A stretch of 32,000 nucleotides of DNA from Pyrobaculum calidifontis JCM 11548 (GTDB taxonomy: Archaea; Thermoproteota; Thermoprotei; Thermoproteales; Thermoproteaceae). The notes under the pieces are model-generated. The model was given only the letters and a program-made list of their open reading frames with translations, had not been told where the DNA came from and did no database searches. Below are positions 1 through 7,211 of the stretch, in pieces; positions within the stretch are counted from its first letter, which is position 1, and each line of letters opens with the position of its first letter. The stretch is from contig NC_009073.1 of the NCBI RefSeq assembly GCF_000015805.1, positions 1,590,001-1,622,000 on the forward strand, given 5' to 3'. A program made the position numbers and the translations under genes.

Positions 1-2
1 CG

Positions 3-542
3 AAAGGCGCCGTGGTCGGCACATCTAGCGTGAGGAGGGCAGAGTTCCTAAGGGCCGTGAGGCCGGACGTCGAAGTGCGCCCCCTCAGAGGCAACGTAGA
101 TACGCGCGTGGGCAAAATCTTGTCTGGCCAATACGACGCGGCCATTATGGCCATGGCAGGCCTCGTGAGGCTCTACGGCTGGGAGGCGCCAGTGAAGCTG
201 TCGCCGATTAGGCCCGAGGAGATTCCGCCGCCGCCTGGGCAGGGGATCGTGGTGGCGGTTGTAAAAGAGGGAGAGGCATGGCTTATCGACATCCTTAGAA
301 GAGCCAGCGATAGGAGGGCCGCGGTTGAGGCTACGGCTGAGCGGGAGTTTCTCATGCACGTAGGCGCCGGCTGCCACGTGGCCGTGGGAGGACTTGCCAG
401 ATATGAAGACGGGGGGATGAGCTTCGTGGCTGGGTATGCCTCAGGGGGTAGGAGGTATGTGATAAAACTGTGGGGCGAAGACCCGCGGGAGGTTGGAAGA
501 CGTGCAGCAGAGGAGATTAGGAAAATTAGAGAGGGAGATTAG
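3..542 (+). CDS. hemC: Porphobilinogen deaminase (hydroxymethylbilane synthase), C-terminal part; 5' end lies outside the window
   Basis: The reading frame is open to the window edge. [53 protein letters not shown] matches the conserved HemC core (GTSS.RR, RGN.DTR). It sits in a tetrapyrrole gene cluster. Confidence 0.85.
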   Translation, partial: KGAVVGTSSVRRAEFLRAVRPDVEVRPLRGNVDTRVGKILSGQYDAAIMAMAGLVRLYGWEAPVKLSPIRPEEIPPPPGQGIVVAVVKEGEAWLIDILRRASDRRAAVEATAEREFLMHVGAGCHVAVGGLARYEDGGMSFVAGYASGGRRYVIKLWGEDPREVGRRAAEEIRKIREGD

Positions 543-1510
543 ATTTCCGCGACTCTTTCAACCCTCTTCCCCATCTCTCTGCCGCCGAGGAAGTCGCGGA
601 CGCTGTACAATACTGCATACTTTTCCACGCCTAGCTTGCGCAATGACTCTTGTACATATGACTCAATCACGTCTCGCCTTGTCCCATGTACCATGAAGTA
701 GCAGGGGTATTCCCACTTCCCTGGCACTGTGTTTCTCAAAACCACATGGGTAGAGATGGGCAACATCGCCACCTCTTCGCACTTGGCCTCCCTCATTACC
801 ACCATGGCGTTTTCTCTAAAGCCGACAGCCTCTCCGTCTAACGTGGCGTGTAAATCGCGGAGTACGCCCAGCTTTATCAACTCCTTTATTTTCTCAAGGG
901 TCTGTGCAACCGACAAACCCAGCACCGCGGCTGCCTCCTTGAACGGCTCTGGGACAAGCGGTAGCGATTTGATTTTTCCAAAGAACTCCATCGGAATTCC
1001 CAGCGATTTCACAGAGGGCGGATCCTCCGGCATTATGTACCCCCTGGTCCAAGAGATGCCGCGGCGGAGGTCGAATCTGACATCCACCTTGTAGGACCTG
1101 AGCGAGTAAAGTACCACGTAGTCTACGCCGAACTTGTCCGCCACAGCCTTCACCTTGGCCTCTAGCTCCTCCTTCGAGTGCGCCTTAGTTACAAACCAGA
1201 GGTTGTACGGCCTGTAGTCGCGCTGGAAGTTGTGGCTGACCATAGGATCCCTATTAACCTCGGCCGCCACCTCCTCGATCCTATCCTCAGGCACCGCCAT
1301 GCCCACCAACGCGGCCACCATGCCGCGGGACTTGTAATTGAGGATTGCGCCTATGCGCTTCAACACCCCGCTCAAGACGGCCTCCCTAAGCCTCTCCAAT
1401 ACCCACGACTCAGAGGTCCCCAGGGTATCCGCAATTGCTTGAAAAGGTCTCTCCACTAGGGGGAAGTCGTATTGCACAGCCATTAGCAAGTCCACCGTCT
1501 TGGCGTCCAT
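539..1510 (-). CDS. Siroheme decarboxylase-like protein, fused AhbA/AhbB (NirD/L/G/H family): two tandem Lrp/AsnC-type wHTH plus ligand-domain modules
   Basis: There are two internal repeats. Each opens with an HTH-like segment ([39 protein letters not shown] and [38 protein letters not shown]). The gene is embedded between hemC and hemB. I prefer the ATG at 1510 (third codon of the ORF) because the TATA-like taattaat at 1532-1539 is about 25 nt upstream of it. The GTG at 1516 is the alternative. Confidence 0.7.
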   Translation of the reverse strand: MDAKTVDLLMAVQYDFPLVERPFQAIADTLGTSESWVLERLREAVLSGVLKRIGAILNYKSRGMVAALVGMAVPEDRIEEVAAEVNRDPMVSHNFQRDYRPYNLWFVTKAHSKEELEAKVKAVADKFGVDYVVLYSLRSYKVDVRFDLRRGISWTRGYIMPEDPPSVKSLGIPMEFFGKIKSLPLVPEPFKEAAAVLGLSVAQTLEKIKELIKLGVLRDLHATLDGEAVGFRENAMVVMREAKCEEVAMLPISTHVVLRNTVPGKWEYPCYFMVHGTRRDVIESYVQESLRKLGVEKYAVLYSVRDFLGGREMGKRVERVAEI

Positions 1511-1628
1511 ACCCACGTGATCCGTTTGAACTAATTAATCTTAGCTGAAACGATAAACGGCGTTGGCAACAAGCCCGCTTGCATATGAGGCGCAAATAGG
1601 CGCAAGGAGTAGCGCTGTTCGCAATGCG

Positions 1629-2645
1629 CTAGAAGGGCAGTCCCTCTTTTATCCACTTGGCCGCTTCAAGCGCGTGATATGTTAATATTAGATCGGCGCC
1701 TGCCCTCTTTATCGCCGTCAATATCTCTAGCGTTATCGTCCTTTCGTCGACATAGCCGGCTGTCGCGGCCGCCTTTACGAGGGAGTACTCGCCAGAGACG
1801 TTATATGCGGCTAGGGGGACCCATGGAAAGTGCTGTTTCACAAGCCTAATGACGTCTAGGTAGGCCAAGGCTGGTTTTACCATCACTATGTCGGCCCCCT
1901 CCTCAAGGTCCATGGCCACCTCCTTCAACGCCTCGTAGGCGTTGCGGGGGTCCATTTGGTAAGTCCTCCTATCGCCGAACTTTGGGGCCGATGCCGCGGC
2001 CACTCGGAATGGGCCATAAAACGCTGAGGCGTATTTGGCGCTGTAGGCCATTATTCCGACCTCCTCAAAGCCGTGGGCGTCTAGCGCCCGCCTAATTTCT
2101 CTCACTTGGCCGTCCATCATGCCGCTTGGCGCCACGAAGTCTGCCCCAGCCTCCGCATATACGACGGCCTCTTTCGCATAAAGCTTTATCGTCTCGTCGT
2201 TGTCGACGTACCACCTGTCCCTCTTCTCCTTCACCACGCCGCAGTGGCCGTGGTCTGTGTATTCGCAGAGGCACACGTCTGCAAAAACTAGGACCCTATC
2301 GCCGAAGATCTCCTTTATGAGCCGTATGGCCCTTGGCACTACGCCCTCGGGGTCGTAGCCGCCGGTGCCTTCAGGGTTCTTAAGCTCGTCAGGCAATACG
2401 CCGAAGAGAATGAACTTATTTATGCCCAACGACAGGGCCTCTTCCACGTGGTTTATCAACTCGCGGCCGACGGGCCACCTGTATATCCCGGGCATGGGGC
2501 CTATGGGCTCCCTCTCGCCGCCCGGTTTTACAAACAGTGGATATATGAAGTCGCCAGCGTCGATCTGCGTCTCAGCGACGGCGTCGCGGATTATCTTTGA
2601 GGCACGTAGGCGCCTAGGCCTAGTCGTTGGAAACTGTACGCGCAT
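1629..2645 (-). CDS. hemB: Porphobilinogen synthase (delta-aminolevulinic acid dehydratase)
   Basis: 338 aa. The N-terminus has RPRRLR and the sequence is a full-length HemB-like TIM barrel (DVCLCEYTDHGHCG metal site, VMVKPA, SGEY). A TATA element at 2665-2674 is centred about 24 nt upstream of the ATG. Confidence 0.9.
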   Translation of the reverse strand: MRVQFPTTRPRRLRASKIIRDAVAETQIDAGDFIYPLFVKPGGEREPIGPMPGIYRWPVGRELINHVEEALSLGINKFILFGVLPDELKNPEGTGGYDPEGVVPRAIRLIKEIFGDRVLVFADVCLCEYTDHGHCGVVKEKRDRWYVDNDETIKLYAKEAVVYAEAGADFVAPSGMMDGQVREIRRALDAHGFEEVGIMAYSAKYASAFYGPFRVAAASAPKFGDRRTYQMDPRNAYEALKEVAMDLEEGADIVMVKPALAYLDVIRLVKQHFPWVPLAAYNVSGEYSLVKAAATAGYVDERTITLEILTAIKRAGADLILTYHALEAAKWIKEGLPF

Positions 2646-2665
2646 GTCCCTCCCTTGCCCTCTGT

Positions 2666-3304
2666 TTATATATACTGCCTCATAATCTCGCGCCCTCTTT
2701 CTACTGCGCCGTCTACGTCGCCGTTGAAGACGCTTGTTCTAAACGCCTCGTCGCGCCACAACGCGTCGTAGAAGTCCAATCTGCGCCTCACGTCGGGTAT
2801 ACGCTCCTTTGCCTCAGCCTTCAACGCCTTGTAGGCCTTGAAGAATGTCGGTATCCAGCTCCTCTTGATGCATTCCTCAATCACGTCCAGAGAGAGGCGC
2901 GCGGGGGCTCCCGCGGCGCCTTCGCTTGTGACAGCCACTCTAAGGCCCTCGACAACTCTCTCATAGGGGACAACCACATGGGTGCGGGAGGCGTCTGTGG
3001 CGTCGTTTACAAGCTTCCCCCTTTCGCTGGCCAGGCGGAACAAACGGTCGGCTAACTCTCTGTCGCTAACTGCCACTACGACGATGTCAGCCCACTCAAC
3101 ATCTTCTGCTGGGTCGTACTCGTTTAAGTCCGCAATTTTTATCTCCACGGGCAACTTCTTCAGTTCGTCGCTGACCTCTCTAGCAATTACGCGCACCTTG
3201 GCGCCGCTGGAGGCGAAGAACTTTGCCCTCCTTGTCCCCACGGCGCCGCCGCCGAGGACTAACACCTTAAGGCGAGAGGCCTCTACCCAAAGAGGAATGC
3301 GCAT
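2666..3304 (-). CDS. sirC: Precorrin-2 dehydrogenase (possibly also sirohydrochlorin ferrochelatase), SirC / CysG-N-terminal / Met8-like
   Basis: The Rossmann motif LKVLVLGGGAVGTRRAKFF lies directly after the internal Met (codon 76 of ORF 2666..3529). The palindromic tttataaa at 3320-3327 is upstream. The 75-codon N-terminal extension is Arg/Gly-rich junk that overlaps a better small ORF. Confidence 0.75.
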   Translation of the reverse strand: MRIPLWVEASRLKVLVLGGGAVGTRRAKFFASSGAKVRVIAREVSDELKKLPVEIKIADLNEYDPAEDVEWADIVVVAVSDRELADRLFRLASERGKLVNDATDASRTHVVVPYERVVEGLRVAVTSEGAAGAPARLSLDVIEECIKRSWIPTFFKAYKALKAEAKERIPDVRRRLDFYDALWRDEAFRTSVFNGDVDGAVERGREIMRQYI

Positions 3305-3327
3305 GTAAAAAACGGGACCTTTATAAA

Positions 3328-3522
3328 TTAGCCGAGGATGAGCTGTTTGACTCCCTCGACTAGGGAGTTCAAAATCGAGTTGGTAGCATTGCGGAAGCCC
3401 AGTATCTTGTCCACCGCGCCCTGAACCATGCCGCTTATGGTTAGCGCGAATGCTGATACAAGCGCCACGGCTATAAGTATTAGCAAGACCTCCTCGACGA
3501 GCACCGATCCCCTCTTCTTCAT
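3328..3522 (-). CDS. 64-aa membrane/secreted protein with archaeal class III (type IV pilin-like) signal peptide
   Basis: The N-terminus is MKKRG|SVLVEEVLLILIAVALV: a basic stretch ending in Gly, Glu at +5, Leu at +9, then a hydrophobic helix (QxSxExxxL-type pattern). The ORF exactly fills the gap between hemD and sirC on the same strand. Confidence 0.5.
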   Translation of the reverse strand: MKKRGSVLVEEVLLILIAVALVSAFALTISGMVQGAVDKILGFRNATNSILNSLVEGVKQLILG

Positions 3523-3538
3523 GTAACAACTGCGCTTT

Positions 3539-4153
3539 TTAAGCCACTGCTGTGGCTTTGACCGCTGCCTCTATCGTGGCCTCCGGCGCTACTATGTGGG
3601 GGATGCCCAGCTCGGCTAGTTTAGCTGACGTGACAGGCCCTATTGCTACAACTCTCTTACCCCTCAAGTCTACTCGCGAGGCGACAACCTCAGCCACTGT
3701 GGCGCTCGTTAAAACTACCGCCCTCGCCGCAGCTATGGCCGCCGTGGCGCTCTCAAGCTTGTCCGGCTCAATAACTATGTCGTATACTGGCACTTCCACG
3801 ACGTTTGGAACTAAGCTTTTCAATACGTCGTTGCCCATCCCCGACCTTAACACCACAACCACCCCCGGCGCGAGTTCCTTAAGCAACTTGGCCACGCCGT
3901 AGCTACTGTACTCCCTCGGCGTGATGCAATTCCCTACGGCCTCTGCAGTGGCGGGTCCGACGCATATTACACATTTGAACCTCGCTCTTATTTTTTCGAG
4001 GTCTACAAACTGCGCCACGGCGGGGCTCATCACCACTAGGTAGTCCCCCTCGGGGATGTACACGTCGGGACGGGGCGCCACGCGGCCTATGGATATGCAC
4101 GTTGCCCCCTCGGGACACTTCCCCTCTTTAATTCTCACCACGACTATGGACAT
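3539..4153 (-). CDS. hemD: Uroporphyrinogen-III synthase
   Basis: 204 aa with a two-lobed alpha/beta pattern typical of short archaeal HemD (VVMSPAVAQF, VICVGPATAEA, AVVLTSATVAE, VVAIGPVTSAKL). The ATG lies 2 nt after the cobA stop, suggesting co-transcription. Confidence 0.65.
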   Translation of the reverse strand: MSIVVVRIKEGKCPEGATCISIGRVAPRPDVYIPEGDYLVVMSPAVAQFVDLEKIRARFKCVICVGPATAEAVGNCITPREYSSYGVAKLLKELAPGVVVVLRSGMGNDVLKSLVPNVVEVPVYDIVIEPDKLESATAAIAAARAVVLTSATVAEVVASRVDLRGKRVVAIGPVTSAKLAELGIPHIVAPEATIEAAVKATAVA

Positions 4154-4155
4154 GG

Positions 4156-4902
4156 CTAAGAGGGCGGTGGTGAAATCTTCCTTACATGCTCCATCAACGC
4201 GACGCCCTTTGCCACCACGTGACCTACCACAATAATCGCCGGGCTAGCCACGCTCTTAAGCTCCCCCAAAGTCGTCGTGATAAACTCCTCGTCGCTGAAG
4301 TAGGCGGACCTTATCACCGCCACTGAAGTCTCGGGGCTCAGCCCTCCCTCCAACAGCTCTCTGGCAATCTCCCCCGCCGTAGACGCACCCATGTATATAA
4401 TCAAGGTGTCCACTGCGCCGGCCAGCTTCCTGAAATTTACAAACCTCCTCCCCTTGCTTGGGTCCTCTCTGCCGGTAACAAGCGCCACAGAACTCGCAAT
4501 GCCCCTCGCCACTGGAGGTATGTAGTACTTAGCGGGGGCGGCAAGGCCGCTGGTGACCCCGGGGACAAACTCGCAGTAGATCCCCCTCTCTGCCAAGTAT
4601 AGACACTCCTCGAAGCCTCGGCCAAAGACAAGGGGGTCGCCCCCATGCAACCTCACCACAATATCCACAGCCTTGGCGTACTTGTACAGCAGTTCGTTAA
4701 TTTCCTCCTGCGAGGGGCCCACGCCGCCGGGGCTCTTCCCAACATCCACGAGGAGGGCCCCCCGCTTTGTGTAACTCAGAAGCTCCTTGGCCACAAGCCT
4801 GTCGTACACCACGACATCTGCCGCTTGGAGCAGGCGAAGGCCCTTGACAGTAATAAGCTCGGGGTCCCCAGGCCCGGCGCCTACAATATATACACGGCCC
4901 AC
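4156..4902 (-). CDS. cobA: Uroporphyrinogen-III C-methyltransferase (SUMT)
   Basis: GRVYIVGAGPGDPELITVKGLRLLQAADVVVYDRL and GGDPLVFGRG are classic tetrapyrrole methylase motifs. GTG start, with TATA taatttaag at 4921-4929 centred 23 nt upstream. Confidence 0.9.
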   Translation of the reverse strand: MGRVYIVGAGPGDPELITVKGLRLLQAADVVVYDRLVAKELLSYTKRGALLVDVGKSPGGVGPSQEEINELLYKYAKAVDIVVRLHGGDPLVFGRGFEECLYLAERGIYCEFVPGVTSGLAAPAKYYIPPVARGIASSVALVTGREDPSKGRRFVNFRKLAGAVDTLIIYMGASTAGEIARELLEGGLSPETSVAVIRSAYFSDEEFITTTLGELKSVASPAIIVVGHVVAKGVALMEHVRKISPPPS

Positions 4903-4924
4903 GCGTAAACGTCAGAGACGTAAT

Positions 4925-5461
4925 TTAAGTTACGCTCTTGCTAGGCCCCCACTTTTCCAATACTATCGGCAATACAGACTTGAAGTAGAGAAGAAATTGC
5001 CGTTGTTCTGCCAGCGGCGGCAACAGCCTCGCGCCGCATCTTGCGTATAAGCTCTCAATCTTCTTATAGATGTAGCCTCTTGTCAACACCACAGGAGCCG
5101 CCACGTTGACGCAAGGCGCATCCCTAATGTTTGGCTCGCCTTCCAAAAAGGCTACTGGCAAGCCCAGCGCGCCTACGTCGCCTCTGTCAGGCCCGTGGAA
5201 TATGTACAACTGGGCGCCAAGCGAAAGGAGAAACTCCCTAAACCCAGGCCACTTCACCAACGGCGGCGCCTTCACAGCCGCAATACTCAACGCCTTTCTG
5301 TAGTCGGCGCCATCTGCGACGAATACAGGCATCCCAAGCCCCCCCGTGAACATTGGCTCCGCCTCGAGAAAGGCGTAGCCAGCCCCCACCGCCTTAGCCA
5401 GCATAGCGGCTTGCTTGTTATGCTCAGCGTCAGGGGAGCCGTGGAATATCAACACCAACAC
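4925..5461 (-). CDS. Uncharacterised protein with internal two-fold repeat; candidate CbiX/SirB-like sirohydrochlorin chelatase
   Basis: The two halves share the pattern (I/L)FHG ... AFLE(A/G)EP ... PV(F/V)(V/L). This is reminiscent of the CbiX motifs vGHGS, aF...P and PlFl..G. It lies in the heme cluster. The start was moved to the GTG at 5461, 23 nt from the centre of TATA 5481-5488. The ORF-track start at 5557 would run through the divergent HAD gene. Confidence 0.4.
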   Translation of the reverse strand: MLVLIFHGSPDAEHNKQAAMLAKAVGAGYAFLEAEPMFTGGLGMPVFVADGADYRKALSIAAVKAPPLVKWPGFREFLLSLGAQLYIFHGPDRGDVGALGLPVAFLEGEPNIRDAPCVNVAAPVVLTRGYIYKKIESLYARCGARLLPPLAEQRQFLLYFKSVLPIVLEKWGPSKSVT

Positions 5462-5480
5462 GTTGGCCACGCGACATTGT

Positions 5481-5488
5481 TTTAAAAA
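5481..5488. promoter_or_regulatory. Shared (bidirectional) TATA box tttaaaaa between divergent leaderless genes
   Basis: The GTG at 5461 (minus strand, CbiX-like) and the GTG at 5507 (plus strand, HAD; giving M-YIFDLDGTL) lie symmetrically about 23 nt from the element centre. Confidence 0.5.
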
Positions 5489-5506
5489 CCCTTGGCTGCC
5501 CCACTC

Positions 5507-6094
5507 GTGTACATCTTCGACCTCGACGGGACGCTCGTGGAGTCGGTGGACGCACACATCGGGGCGTGGATAGAGGCATTGGAACTCATCGGCATCAAAA
5601 AGCGGAGAGAGGAGCTGGCCCCTCTAATGGGGTTGCCCGCTCTCGAAATAGCGCGGCGCATAGCGCCTCAACGCGCCGAAGAGTTGGCAAGAATTAAGAA
5701 CAAGCTATTCCTAGAAAAGTACCTAGGTGCCGTGCGCGCATACGACGACGCGGCTGTGCTGTCGCGCCTGCCAAGGCCCATAGCCGTGGTCACTTCGGCA
5801 AGCGGCTACGTGGCCAGGGAGATCCTAAAGGCCACGGGACTCGCCGAGTATGTGGACTTAGTGGTGGGAGGCGACGAGGTCCCGCGGGGAAAGCCGGCGC
5901 CGGACCCCCTCTACCTAGTGGCAAGACGCTTCGGGGTCCCCCCAAGCGAGATGGTGGTGGTAGGCGACAGCGAATACGACATTGAGATGGCTAAAAACGC
6001 CGGCGCTTTAGGCGTCTGTATAGCTAGACGCGGCGTCCCCTGCAGAGGAGCTCACCGCGTCATCTCCACACTCTTCCAACTACTGGGGATATAA
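5507..6094 (+). CDS. HAD-superfamily hydrolase (phosphoglycolate phosphatase / beta-phosphoglucomutase-like subfamily IA)
   Basis: Motif I is YIFDLDGTLVES, followed by VVTSAS, then K in RGKPAPDP, then VVVGDSEYDIEMAKNAG. The start was refined to the GTG at 5507 using the TATA position. Confidence 0.8.
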   Translation: MYIFDLDGTLVESVDAHIGAWIEALELIGIKKRREELAPLMGLPALEIARRIAPQRAEELARIKNKLFLEKYLGAVRAYDDAAVLSRLPRPIAVVTSASGYVAREILKATGLAEYVDLVVGGDEVPRGKPAPDPLYLVARRFGVPPSEMVVVGDSEYDIEMAKNAGALGVCIARRGVPCRGAHRVISTLFQLLGI

Positions 6095-7188
6095 ACGCAG
6101 GCTGGGTCCTCCGCCAGCGGGTTTTTAAACACGGCGAATGCCCGGGCCCTCGAGCCGCCGCATATGTCCTTATACTCGCACACGCCACATCTGCCCTCAA
6201 ACTCGCCACGCCGCATTTTCACCAGGAGGGGGTGGTTGCGGTAGATGTCCACTAGGCGCCTTTTCCGCACATTGCCCAGGGGGTAGGGGAGGAAGCCGCT
6301 TGGGGTCACAGTGCCGTCGTGCCCCACGAAGATTATGCCAAAGCCATCCCGCGTGGGCACAATAGTGGGGTCAACGCCCCGCTGAGGCGGGCCCAGAAGC
6401 TCCCTCAGCCTTGCTACAAGCTTGTCGTAAAGGAGATCGCTGTAGGCCTTTCCGCGCAACCTCTCAAGCTTGGCCCTCCTGTAGAACGGGGCCTCGACAG
6501 TTCTGACTTGGAACCCGTAGGTGGACACGTCGACAAGGAACTGAACAGCGGACTCGTACTCCGCAGGCGAGATGTCCAACTCCTCCTTGGCTCTGCCAGT
6601 TACAATGAGGAAGAAGACCTCCCACACCTTTACCCCGAGCCTGCGGAGGAGGTACGCCACGTCGGGGAGCTCGCTGAGCGACTTCTTCCACACCACAGTG
6701 TTGACTTGGACAGATATGCCCAAGTCCAGCGCCCTCTTTATCGCAGACACTGTCTCAGCAAAGCTACCCGGGACCCCCCTCAACTCGTCATGAGTCTCAG
6801 CCGTGGCCCCGTCTAGGCTTATCGAGATAGACTTGACGCCAGAAGACTTGATACGCCTAAGGGCCTCGTCGTCTAAGCTCTTTGAAACGGCGGGGGCAAG
6901 CGAGACGGGCACCCCCAGGGAGTTGGCGTAGTCCACAAGCTCGAAGAGGTCCGCCCTCATCAACGGGTCGCCGCCGGTTATAATGAGGAGGGGCTTGGGG
7001 TCTCCAAACTCCGCCACTTGCTCAATAAGCCTCTTCCCCTCCTCAGTTGACAGCTCGCCCGGGAGAGGCTTTAAAATTGCGTCAGCCCTACAGTGCTTAC
7101 AAGCAAGGGGACAGGCCTTTGTGGACTCCCAGAAGACCAACAAGGGGGCCTCGTGGAATCGCCTAATGAGCTCCTCCACGCTCCGCAT
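6052..7188 (-). CDS. Radical SAM / SPASM-type enzyme of the NirJ family (AhbC or AhbD, alternative heme biosynthesis)
   Basis: CPLACKHCRA is the CxxxCxxC radical SAM site. IITGGDPLMR, WEVFFLIVTGRA and a C-terminal Cys cluster (CGVCEYKDICGGSRARAF) are also present. It sits between the heme-cluster genes and hemL. The 3' end overlaps the HAD gene by 43 nt in convergent orientation. Confidence 0.7.
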   Translation of the reverse strand: MRSVEELIRRFHEAPLLVFWESTKACPLACKHCRADAILKPLPGELSTEEGKRLIEQVAEFGDPKPLLIITGGDPLMRADLFELVDYANSLGVPVSLAPAVSKSLDDEALRRIKSSGVKSISISLDGATAETHDELRGVPGSFAETVSAIKRALDLGISVQVNTVVWKKSLSELPDVAYLLRRLGVKVWEVFFLIVTGRAKEELDISPAEYESAVQFLVDVSTYGFQVRTVEAPFYRRAKLERLRGKAYSDLLYDKLVARLRELLGPPQRGVDPTIVPTRDGFGIIFVGHDGTVTPSGFLPYPLGNVRKRRLVDIYRNHPLLVKMRRGEFEGRCGVCEYKDICGGSRARAFAVFKNPLAEDPACVYIPSSWKSVEMTR

Positions 7189-7211
7189 TTCCCATCAAGC
7201 GCTATCCACAT

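Noticed and set aside
3305-3529. 75-codon N-terminal extension of the SirC ORF (ORF-track 2666..3529)
   Set aside because: The extension is Arg/Gly/His-rich and has no family resemblance. The Rossmann GGGxxG motif follows the internal Met at 3304. A TATA box lies just upstream of that Met, and the region is better explained by the 64-aa pilin-like ORF in another frame.
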